Shown here piece after piece: positions 36,668 to 44,740 of a DNA stretch of 44,881 nucleotides. The stretch lies in sequence record PV730301.1; one strand, given 5' to 3'. The translations under genes were made by a program, and so were the position numbers. The notes below the pieces were generated by a model. That model was not told the origin of the DNA and made no database searches. It saw only the letters and a list, made by a program, of their open reading frames with translations. Source of the stretch: a phage. The number at the start of each line of letters is the position of its first letter. Position 1 is the stretch's first letter.

Positions 36668-36762
36668 TGTACATCCCGCCCAATCCCCTTATATAATCTA
36701 TTTAGACGCGTAGGGCGCGTCTGGTGCGCTCTGATGGTCAGACGCATATGCAAGGGGATTCT

Positions 36763-37305
36763 ATGAAGCTGAAACTTAAGCAGCCATCGCCAGAGGTGGT
36801 GCAAGCTGCACATGAAGAAGCTGTTAGCGCAAACCGTCGCCGTAAACGACCGCGCGGTAAACAGAGCCTTTATCAATCATCCCGTAATTCCGCCGCGCTG
36901 TGGGACCCGGACTATTGCGACGAATTAATCGAGTTCTTCGACCGCACGTCGTGGGAGCTTGTGCCTACGTCAAAGGGAGACGAACGCCCGCTGATTCAGG
37001 ATAAACCCCCGTCTCTGGCCCGCTTCGCCTTACACATCGGCGTCACTATCCCGATTATTAAGCTGTGGCTGCGTGAGATTCCTGCATTTGCAGAAGCCTG
37101 GGAGACAGCTCAATCGCTGGAAGAGGCCTATTTCACTGAGACAGGGGCCGCTGGTATCTCCGCTACGTTCGCTGCCGCTAAGCTGGGCCTTAGCAAAGAT
37201 AAGCCGGTCGAGGAAGCCGAGGTTCTACCGGCGACAATCGTATTTAGCGTAGCGCCCCCTGTAGGTGAAATCAAAACCACTAACATGGGTGAGGACGACG
37301 TATGA
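36763..37305 (+). CDS. terminase small subunit
   Basis: Directly upstream of and overlapping the large terminase; HTH-like region ARFALHIGVT...W..E.P.F.EAWE. Confidence 0.6.
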   Translation: MKLKLKQPSPEVVQAAHEEAVSANRRRKRPRGKQSLYQSSRNSAALWDPDYCDELIEFFDRTSWELVPTSKGDERPLIQDKPPSLARFALHIGVTIPIIKLWLREIPAFAEAWETAQSLEEAYFTETGAAGISATFAAAKLGLSKDKPVEEAEVLPATIVFSVAPPVGEIKTTNMGEDDV

Positions 37306-38552
37306 GTATCCAACTGTCCGCCCCTCAATCTATATTTCTCAATTGCGCCAATAAGTATAAGGCGTACGTCGGGGGCTTCGGTAGCGGTAAAACGTTTGTA
37401 GGATGCCTGAAGCTATTGACTTTCATCCGTCAGAACCCAAGAACGCGCGTCGGATACTTCGGACCGACATACCCGGCAATTCGCGATATTTTCTATCCAA
37501 CTTTCGAGGAAGCGGCTAATCTACTCGGGCTAAGTGTAGTAGTTAAAACGGGAGACAAAGAAGTAGAGGTGCGATATGGGCGCCAGTACCTGGGTACGGT
37601 AATCTGTCGTTCTATGGACAACCCGGCATCGATAGTTGGCTTTAAAGTATCCGCCGCGGTAGTGGACGAGCTGGACGTATTGAGCCGCGAGAAAGCGGAG
37701 CTGGCGTGGAACAAAATCGTAGCTCGTATGCGTCTTGTTATACCCGGTGTAGTTAACCAGATTTCGGTGACAACTACACCAGAGGGGTTTAAGTTTGTTT
37801 ATTCTAAATTTAAAGAGAATCCTACCAAAAGTTACTCTATGGTTCAGGCGTCTACACATGAGAATGCAAAATTTCTCCCATCGGATTATATCGACTCATT
37901 AGTGGAAACGTACCCGGAGCGATTAATAGACGCATATCTGAACGGTGAGTTTGTCAACCTGACATCCGGCAGCGTGTATTACGCATACGACCGCCGTAAG
38001 CACCGCAGCAAAGAGACAATTCAGCCGGGCGACACCTTATACATTGGGCAGGACTTCAACGTTACGAAGAATGCGAGCGCCGTTTATGTACAGCGCAAAG
38101 ACGGCTGGCACGCGGTTGCAGAACTGAAAGGTCTGTTTGATACGCCGGACACCGTGCGTGTAATTACCGAGAAGTGGAAGTCGCAAGGCCACCGTATCGT
38201 CGTTTACCCCGACGCCAGCGGCAAGAACCGCAAAACCAACTCCGCGTCAATCTCTGATATTGCATTACTACAGCAGGCTGGTTTCGACGTTCGCGCTAAA
38301 TCCGCCAACCCCCCGGTTAAAGACCGCGTTTTAGCCGTGAACACCGCGCTGGAAAAAGGTAAGCTGTGGGTTAATGACCACTTATGCCATGAGATAGCGA
38401 AGGCGCTGGAGCAGCAGGCATACGATGATAACGGAGAGCCAGCTAAAGACGGCGTCATTGACCACATGGCGGATGCTCTCGGCTATCCTGTAGTTTACGA
38501 GATGCCGGTGGTTAAACCTGTAATCAACATCCCGGTGACTTTCGCACTTTAA
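37302..38552 (+). CDS. terminase large subunit
   Basis: Walker A GGFGSGKT and Walker B AAVVDELD; size and position. Confidence 0.9.
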   Translation: MSIQLSAPQSIFLNCANKYKAYVGGFGSGKTFVGCLKLLTFIRQNPRTRVGYFGPTYPAIRDIFYPTFEEAANLLGLSVVVKTGDKEVEVRYGRQYLGTVICRSMDNPASIVGFKVSAAVVDELDVLSREKAELAWNKIVARMRLVIPGVVNQISVTTTPEGFKFVYSKFKENPTKSYSMVQASTHENAKFLPSDYIDSLVETYPERLIDAYLNGEFVNLTSGSVYYAYDRRKHRSKETIQPGDTLYIGQDFNVTKNASAVYVQRKDGWHAVAELKGLFDTPDTVRVITEKWKSQGHRIVVYPDASGKNRKTNSASISDIALLQQAGFDVRAKSANPPVKDRVLAVNTALEKGKLWVNDHLCHEIAKALEQQAYDDNGEPAKDGVIDHMADALGYPVVYEMPVVKPVINIPVTFAL

Positions 38553-38564
38553 GAGGATTATTCA

Positions 38565-40046
38565 ATGTTAACTATGAACGGTCAGAATCAGGGTGTTAAG
38601 ACAAAACACCGGGAATGGCTGCATCACTTCGATAAATGGCAGAAGGTGCGCCACGCGCTGGAAGGCGACCTTATTCGCTATCTGCGCAACGTCGGGAAGA
38701 ACGAGCCTGACCCGACCTACGCAGCACAGCGCCAGGAAGAATACGAGAACGGTGCTATCTGCTACAACTTCACTAAACGTACCCTGGTAGGGATGGTGGG
38801 GTCGGTTATGCGCAAAGACCCCGAGCAGATTATCCCGCCTGAACTTGAGTACCTGTTACGTAATGCCGACGGTTCCGGCGTTGGCCTGTGGCAGCACGCT
38901 CAGGACACTCTAATGGAGATTGACTCGGTTGGCCGCGGCGGGTTGCTGGTTGACGCCCCGGAGACAGCCGCAGCAACGGCAGCCGAGCAGAACGCGGGGC
39001 TATTAAACCCGGTAATCGCATTCTATACCGCAGAGAACATCATCAACTGGCGACTGACTCGCGTCGGTTCTGTTAACCGCATGACGATGGTCGTGTTGCG
39101 TGAGGTGTGGGAATACTCAGAACCGGATGCAGAGTTCGAAACAAAGTTCGGTGAGCAATACCGTGTTCTCGATTTGATTGACGGGCGCTACCGTCAGCGT
39201 ATTTACCGCTTCGATGCAGAAGGTGGTGCACAGGGTGAAGTAAAACAAATCTTCCCGAAACTTGGCGAACAGCTACGCGGCAAAATCCCGTTTACGTTCA
39301 TTGGCGCGAGCAACAACGACGCAACCATCGACGACGCCCCTTTGCTCCCGTTGGCTGAACTTAATATCGGGCATTTCCGCAACAGCGCGGACAATGAAGA
39401 GTCCAGCTTCGTTGTAGGCCAGCCCACTCTGTTCATCGCCCCTGGTGAAAACATGAGCATGGAACAGTGGGTGGAAGCTAACCCACGCGGTGTGCGCATG
39501 GGGTCGCGTTCAGGCCATAACATCGGGTACGGCGGAAACGCGTTTCTGGTTCAGGCAGGAGAGAACAACCTGGCCAAGCAGAATATGCTGGATAAAGAGA
39601 ATCAGGCAATCCAGATTGGCGCGCAGCTTATCACCCCGACGCAGCAAATCACCGCTGAATCAGCACGCCTGCAACGCGGCGCGGATACGTCCGTTATGGC
39701 GACAATCGCACGTAACGTAAGCATGGCATATACCGATGCGTTGCGCTGGGTGGCTGCGATGCTAGGGTTGCGTGAAGGTACAGAGGTTGAGTTCAAGCTG
39801 AATATGGAGTTCTTCCTGCAACCAATGACCGCTCAGGACCGCACCCAGTGGATGGCGGATATTAACGCTGGCCTGTTACCGGCTACAGCTTACTATGCGG
39901 CATTGCGTAAGGCGGGCGTAACGGACTGGACGGACGAAGACATTCAGAACGCTATCGAGGATGCGCCTCTGCCTATGGGCGCGGTTACCCGGGTGCAGGG
40001 GGAGATTCCGCAGTCTGCGCAACAACAGGACACCACTCAGCAGTAA
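38565..40046 (+). CDS. portal protein
   Basis: 493 aa directly after the large terminase, before the head-morphogenesis gene. Confidence 0.7.
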   Translation: MLTMNGQNQGVKTKHREWLHHFDKWQKVRHALEGDLIRYLRNVGKNEPDPTYAAQRQEEYENGAICYNFTKRTLVGMVGSVMRKDPEQIIPPELEYLLRNADGSGVGLWQHAQDTLMEIDSVGRGGLLVDAPETAAATAAEQNAGLLNPVIAFYTAENIINWRLTRVGSVNRMTMVVLREVWEYSEPDAEFETKFGEQYRVLDLIDGRYRQRIYRFDAEGGAQGEVKQIFPKLGEQLRGKIPFTFIGASNNDATIDDAPLLPLAELNIGHFRNSADNEESSFVVGQPTLFIAPGENMSMEQWVEANPRGVRMGSRSGHNIGYGGNAFLVQAGENNLAKQNMLDKENQAIQIGAQLITPTQQITAESARLQRGADTSVMATIARNVSMAYTDALRWVAAMLGLREGTEVEFKLNMEFFLQPMTAQDRTQWMADINAGLLPATAYYAALRKAGVTDWTDEDIQNAIEDAPLPMGAVTRVQGEIPQSAQQQDTTQQ

Positions 40047-40056
40047 GTTCACATAT

Positions 40057-40079
40057 AGCCCCGAAAGGGGCTTTCTTAT
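40057..40079 (+). terminator. terminator-like hairpin (possible attenuator inside the head operon)
   Basis: AGCCCC-GAAA-GGGGCT hairpin followed by TTCTTAT. Confidence 0.45.
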
Positions 40080-40082
40080 AGT

Positions 40083-41159
40083 ATGCTATTAACTTTAGCG
40101 CCACAGGGTTTATTTATGAGCTTACTTACATCACTAATCAGCCACCAGATATGGCTGCAACGCACCGCATCCGGCGAAGTGAAAGACCTCGCGCCGTTCA
40201 TTCAGGAGATGCGGGACGAAATAAAACGGCAGGTGCTGCTATTCGGCGACGACGGGCGCAGCACTGCGCGACTGAATAAACTGTTACGTGACCTCGAAGA
40301 AGCGCTAACTGGACTTACAGGCGACTGGCAAACAAAGCTGACAGAAGACCTTAAGGAACTGGCGGCGTATGAGGCTGAGTGGAACGTAAAGACACTGACC
40401 GCCAACGTTAACGCGGAATTTGTTACACCTACGGCCGAGCAGGTGTGGGCCGCAGCCGAGTTTCAACCCTTATCGTTAAGCGACAAGCCCGTTGACTTCA
40501 CTAAGCTGATGTCTGGCTGGGGTGAAACGGAGGTTGCGCGCCTTGTAACGGGCGTTAAGATGGGTTTCGCACAAGGCCAGACAACACGGCAGATTGTTAA
40601 GAATGTTGTAGGCGCTGGTGGACTAGCCAACATCTCTGAGCGTAACGCAGCTACAGTAATCCGCACCGCGCTGTCCCACGTATCCAACGAAGCCCGTAAT
40701 GAGACGTACCGCCAGAACGACGACATCATTGAGAAGTACGAGTGGGTGTCGACGTTGGACAGCCGCACCAGTACAATTTGCAGAGCCAGAGACGGAATGA
40801 CGTGGGAAATCGGAAAAGGGCCGATGCCGCCAGCGCATCCGAATTGTCGGTCATGCACGGCCCCTGTGATTAGCTCGGAGTTCGACTTCCTGGATAAAGG
40901 CGCAAAACGCGCGGCTAAAGGCGCAGACGGCGGAGCCCAGGTAAGCGCGGGCACCACTTACTACGAGTTCCTGAAACAGCAACCGGCATGGTTTCAGGAC
41001 CAGGCGCTTGGTCCTGTTCGCGGTAAGATTTTCCGTAACAGCGGTATATCGCCGGAAGAGTTTCGCGTAATATCTGTAGATGGTTTCGGGAATCCGCTCA
41101 CGCTTAGGCAGATGGCGGAACTCGATAAACGTGTTGCTGATTATCTGAAAGGGGAATAA
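40083..41159 (+). CDS. head morphogenesis protein (Mu F / SPP1 gp7-like)
   Basis: Position after the portal; size. Confidence 0.55.
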   Translation: MLLTLAPQGLFMSLLTSLISHQIWLQRTASGEVKDLAPFIQEMRDEIKRQVLLFGDDGRSTARLNKLLRDLEEALTGLTGDWQTKLTEDLKELAAYEAEWNVKTLTANVNAEFVTPTAEQVWAAAEFQPLSLSDKPVDFTKLMSGWGETEVARLVTGVKMGFAQGQTTRQIVKNVVGAGGLANISERNAATVIRTALSHVSNEARNETYRQNDDIIEKYEWVSTLDSRTSTICRARDGMTWEIGKGPMPPAHPNCRSCTAPVISSEFDFLDKGAKRAAKGADGGAQVSAGTTYYEFLKQQPAWFQDQALGPVRGKIFRNSGISPEEFRVISVDGFGNPLTLRQMAELDKRVADYLKGE

Positions 41160-41620
41160 TGATGGGCTTTTTCAAAGTAACTGATGTGCCGTCGCGTCGC
41201 GTAGTTCAGTATGCTCGCGTGTCTGGCTCTGGTGAGAACGTGGTGTTTATCGAAGATGAAAGTGTACTCGGTACACCAGTAGACGACATGCCGTTTGCGG
41301 ACAAGACCGGTATTGCGTTGCCTGCGGCGGGTATGCTTTACGAGATTCCGTATCTGGCGGACGCCGGTGACGTGTACTTCTCTTTGCAACCGCAGGACGC
41401 TGAACTGGCAGACGGCAGCGCAACTATCACTGTCGAAGTTAAGGCAGGCAAAGCACCCTATGCGCTGACCTGGTACAAAGACGGTAAGGAAGTGGTAAAC
41501 GCCCCGGAAGAGGCTCTGTCTCTGACGGTTAACGCCGCGGGCGAATACTTCGTTAAAGTTACCGATGCCGATGGTGTAGAGGCCGTGAGTAAGGCGGCGA
41601 AGGTCACTAAGCCAGAATGA
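41159..41620 (+). CDS. Ig-like domain protein
   Basis: C-terminal PYALTWYKDGKEV...GEYFVKVTDADG parallels the Ig-like region of the 44741 gene. Confidence 0.55.
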   Translation: MMGFFKVTDVPSRRVVQYARVSGSGENVVFIEDESVLGTPVDDMPFADKTGIALPAAGMLYEIPYLADAGDVYFSLQPQDAELADGSATITVEVKAGKAPYALTWYKDGKEVVNAPEEALSLTVNAAGEYFVKVTDADGVEAVSKAAKVTKPE

Positions 41621-41623
41621 TAA

Positions 41624-41651
41624 AAGGCCCCTTACGGGGCCTTAGATTTTT
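41624..41651. terminator. rho-independent terminator between convergent genes
   Basis: AAGGCCCC-TTAC-GGGGCCTT hairpin followed by ATTTTT. Confidence 0.65.
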
Positions 41652-41956
41652 CCTATTAGTTTTTTAATTCTATCGCGTTCTATTCTTTTCCCTTCTTCTA
41701 CTCCATCATTGAAGTATCTTTCCGCGTCTTCCTTGTTGGACTTACGAACTGCTGCACCATCTCTATATAGCTCTTGATTGTCACGTAACACCCTAATCTT
41801 AGCTATTATTTCGTTAAAAGGTGCGTCAGCACGTACTTTAAGCATAGACCTTACCTGTTCTACGAACCAAGCAAAATCAGGCTTTTTCGCTAATTTCTCT
41901 CTTAAAACAGCGTTCTCTTGTTCCGCTTTTGTGGCGCGAGCACGATAATCAACCAT
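41642..41956 (-). CDS. hypothetical charged coiled-coil protein (lone minus-strand gene in the late region)
   Basis: ORF with its own promoter and terminator. Confidence 0.5.
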   Translation of the reverse strand: MVDYRARATKAEQENAVLREKLAKKPDFAWFVEQVRSMLKVRADAPFNEIIAKIRVLRDNQELYRDGAAVRKSNKEDAERYFNDGVEEGKRIERDRIKKLIGKI

Positions 41957-41999
41957 TTTAGTAAACCTCTATTTTTATTAAATAACACCGATGTGATGA

Positions 42000-42028
42000 A
42001 TAGTACCCTATTATATTGGTGTCTGCAA
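42000..42028 (-). promoter_or_regulatory. sigma70-like promoter (TTGCAG-17-TACTAT) with the conserved 23-mer
   Basis: Same 23-mer as at 6158..6180. Confidence 0.45.
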
Positions 42029-42094
42029 ACTATTTGTTTATGTATTCCAGTTATTCCACTCAATTGTAAATGTTGGAATAAACTATTCGAATAG

Positions 42095-42123
42095 TTGACT
42101 TTTCACTAAAAATGTGCTAAGCT
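42095..42123 (+). promoter_or_regulatory. candidate late promoter (TTGACT-17-TAAGCT with extended -10 TG) overlapped by a perfect 16-bp palindrome
   Basis: Hexamers read from the sequence; palindrome AACTATTCGAATAGTT at 42081..42096. Confidence 0.45.
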
Positions 42124-42303
42124 CCACCTGAGCTTGTGAAGTATGAACAAGCGACCGCGGCGCGGGCAGGTAACGGAGCGGGACGTAAGTCCTGAGTGTA
42201 GTTACGCTGACGCGTTCGGAAGGGCCACACTCTATTGCTTGTGTAAAAAGTAACTGGTTTACTGAGATTACGCCGTTTCTATGTTTAAATGATAAGGACT
42301 AGC

Positions 42304-42330
42304 GCCCCGCTTTATGGCGGGGCTTTACTT
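42304..42330 (+). terminator. leader terminator/attenuator directly upstream of the spanin gene
   Basis: GCCCCGC-TTTATG-GCGGGGC hairpin followed by TTTACTT, 18 nt before the RBS. Confidence 0.5.
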
Positions 42331-42347
42331 ATCGAGAAAGGAGAAAC

Positions 42348-42734
42348 ATGAATCTTAAAGCAACTGTCGTAGCGGGAGCATGTTTCATCATCCTGGCTTA
42401 CGCACACGGCATCTACCAGTATCGCAGCGGCTGGAACGAAGGCCGGGCGAATCTCGTTTCGCAGCAACAGCAGAAAGCACAGGCTGAGTTCGCGAAGAAA
42501 ACACAACGGCAGCAGCAGGATGAATCAAAGGCAGCCGCCGCTGACAACGAAGGTAAGACGAAATCAGAGGTGATTACCCGTGAAGTCGTTAAGTACATTA
42601 GAACGCCTGGTCGCAGCGTGTGCACTTTTGACCCTGAGCGCGTGCAGCTCAAGTCCCGCGCCGTCGCAAACGCCAATTCCATCCCCGGATACGACGATGA
42701 TGCAGCCGCCGTGCAAACTGGCGCCGCCAAGTAG
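42348..42734 (+). CDS. i-spanin (Rz-like)
   Basis: N-terminal TM helix, Gln/Ala-rich coiled coil, AAGGAG RBS, embedded +1 frame lipoprotein ORF. Confidence 0.7.
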   Translation: MNLKATVVAGACFIILAYAHGIYQYRSGWNEGRANLVSQQQQKAQAEFAKKTQRQQQDESKAAAADNEGKTKSEVITREVVKYIRTPGRSVCTFDPERVQLKSRAVANANSIPGYDDDAAAVQTGAAK

Positions 42735-42843
42735 CGACGCGGACGAGGATTTGGCTATCGACGTTCAGAATGCTGAATGTGTGCGGCAACTGCGCCTGAA
42801 GGTGTTCATGTTGCAGGATTACGTGAGGAATATTCTGGAATAG
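42580..42843 (+). CDS. o-spanin (Rz1-like lipoprotein)
   Basis: Signal peptide with lipobox LSAC; Pro-rich; overlaps the 3' end of the Rz gene in another frame. Confidence 0.7.
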   Translation: MKSLSTLERLVAACALLTLSACSSSPAPSQTPIPSPDTTMMQPPCKLAPPSSDADEDLAIDVQNAECVRQLRLKVFMLQDYVRNILE

Positions 42844-42925
42844 TTGCCTTGCATGTTGGAATAATTTATTCTTGACATGTAAATCCGGGTGGCCCGGGTT
42901 CCAACGTCCAGGGGACATACTGACT

Positions 42926-43630
42926 ATGAATCGTTTTTTACGTTATCCGTTCCAGGAAGAAGCTGGAGCAGAAGATAAAGCCGGTGGCGGTGACGCGCCG
43001 AAAATGTTCACCGCCGAAGAAGTTCAGGCGCTGATTGAGAAAGAAGTCGCCGGGCTTAAGGCTAATCAGGAAGCATTGCTGGCGGAGAAGAAAGAAGCCG
43101 CCCGCAAAGCAAAAGAGGCTGAAGAAGAACGGCAGCGCGCACACCAGGAGGCGTTAAAAGCCGCCGGTAAGATGGACGAGTTCGAAAAGACGATTCGTAG
43201 CCAGTATGACCCGGTGTTAGCCGAGAAAGATGGCCGCATCTCCAGAATGGCAGAGCGCATCCTCGGCAGCGAACGTAAAGCGGTGTTAGGCTCTTTCGCG
43301 GGTGACTTTATTACCCCGGAAGCAGTAGACATTCTTGCTCCGTTCGTTAAGACTGAGTTCGAAGGTGATGATGTGGTTACTAAGTTTGTTGGTGCAGATG
43401 GCAACGTAATCACGACTGACCCGGAACAGTTCCGCAAATACCTGCGCGAACACAAAGCGTTTTCGCATTTGATTAAAGCAAATGCAGCTTCCGGCGGCGG
43501 GGCTTCCGGTAGCAAAGGCGGCGGGGCCGCACCAGCGTTTAAAGACATGAGTGAAGCGGAGCGCATTGCTCTGTATGAATCGAACCCTGCCGAATTTGAA
43601 CGGCAACTTAAAGCCCTGAGGAAAAAATAA
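42926..43630 (+). CDS. capsid scaffolding protein
   Basis: Helical charged EAKR-rich protein immediately upstream of the major capsid gene; start at ATG 42926 (track begins at a TTG at 42872). Confidence 0.6.
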   Translation: MNRFLRYPFQEEAGAEDKAGGGDAPKMFTAEEVQALIEKEVAGLKANQEALLAEKKEAARKAKEAEEERQRAHQEALKAAGKMDEFEKTIRSQYDPVLAEKDGRISRMAERILGSERKAVLGSFAGDFITPEAVDILAPFVKTEFEGDDVVTKFVGADGNVITTDPEQFRKYLREHKAFSHLIKANAASGGGASGSKGGGAAPAFKDMSEAERIALYESNPAEFERQLKALRKK

Positions 43631-44679
43631 TGGCAATTACTACTATCGGCGACATCGTAACTGGTAAAGAATCGGTCATTCTGTCTTACATGACAGAAGA
43701 CCCGGTGGAGAAAACTGCGTTCTTCCAGTCTGGTATTCTTACCCCGACCCCGTACGCCGCTGCTATCGCTAACGGCCCGTCCAACAAAGCTGTTCTGCCG
43801 TACTGGAAAGCGATTGATACTTCTATCGAGCCGAACTACTCGAACGATGTGTATCAGGACATCGCAACCCCTCGTAACGTGCAGACCGGTGAGATGGACG
43901 TTCGCGTAGCTTACCTGAACGAAGGTTTCGGTCAGGCGGATTTGACTGTCGAACTGACCAGCCAGCATCCGCTGCGATCCGTAGCGTCCCGTCTGGATAA
44001 CTTCTGGCAGCGCCAGGCACAACGCCGTCTGATTGCTACCGCGCTTGGTCTGTACAATGACAACGTAGCCACTACCGACGCGTACCACGAGCAGAACGAC
44101 ATGGTAATCGACGTGTCCTCTACCCTGGGCTTCGACTCCGGCGCGTTCATCGATGCTACCCAGACTATGGGTGATGCGCTGATTGGTAACGGCGGTGAAG
44201 TGCTGGGCGCTATTGCAATGCACAGCTTCGTTTATGCGCAGGCGCGTAAGCAACAGCTTATCGACTACATCCGTAACGCAGACAACGACACCATGTTCGC
44301 CGCCTACCAGGGCTACCGCGTGATTGTTGATGACAGCATGACCGTAGTCGGTACTGGCGGCAGCCGTAAGTTCATCTCCATTATCTTCGGTAACGGCGCT
44401 ATCGGTTACGGTGAAGGTTCTCCGTCCAACCCGCTGGAATACGAGCGCGAAGCGTCTCGCGGTAACGGTGGTGGTGTTGAAACCCTGTGGACCCGTAAGA
44501 CCTGGTTGCTGCACCCGTTCGGCTACAGCTTCACCAGTGCAGTAATCACCGGCAACGGCACCGAGACTACCCCACGCTCCGCTTCCTGGCAGGACCTGGC
44601 TAACGCCTCCAACTGGAACCGTGTTGTTGAACGTAAGCACGTACCGATTGCCTTCCTGGTAACTGGTGTCGGGTCTTAA
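43630..44679 (+). CDS. major capsid protein
   Basis: 349 aa after the scaffold, followed by a strong terminator; ATGA-type coupling. Confidence 0.8.
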   Translation: MAITTIGDIVTGKESVILSYMTEDPVEKTAFFQSGILTPTPYAAAIANGPSNKAVLPYWKAIDTSIEPNYSNDVYQDIATPRNVQTGEMDVRVAYLNEGFGQADLTVELTSQHPLRSVASRLDNFWQRQAQRRLIATALGLYNDNVATTDAYHEQNDMVIDVSSTLGFDSGAFIDATQTMGDALIGNGGEVLGAIAMHSFVYAQARKQQLIDYIRNADNDTMFAAYQGYRVIVDDSMTVVGTGGSRKFISIIFGNGAIGYGEGSPSNPLEYEREASRGNGGGVETLWTRKTWLLHPFGYSFTSAVITGNGTETTPRSASWQDLANASNWNRVVERKHVPIAFLVTGVGS

Positions 44680-44695
44680 GGTTAAGCTATAATCG

Positions 44696-44718
44696 AGAGG
44701 GACTTCGGTCCCTCTTTT
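44696..44718 (+). terminator. rho-independent terminator after the major capsid gene
   Basis: GAGGGAC-TTCG-GTCCCTC hairpin followed by TTTT. Confidence 0.75.
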
Positions 44719-44740
44719 CATTTACTAAGAGGATTCCTAA

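Noticed and set aside
42125-42300. Possible tRNA or other known small RNA gene in the GC-rich late leader
   Set aside because: No cloverleaf could be drawn: no T-loop GTTCRANYC with a matching stem and no acceptor-stem complementarity; kept only as a generic leader transcript
42872-42900. TTGACA upstream of the scaffold gene as a sigma70 promoter
   Set aside because: No -10-like hexamer 16-18 bp downstream (the sequence there is CGGGTT); the TTGACA more likely belongs to the palindromic regulatory site
43066-44721. 551-aa minus-strand ORF antisense to the major capsid and scaffold genes
   Set aside because: Fully overlaps well-supported plus-strand structural genes; no RBS and no recognisable motifs; typical of an open antisense frame in GC-rich coding DNA
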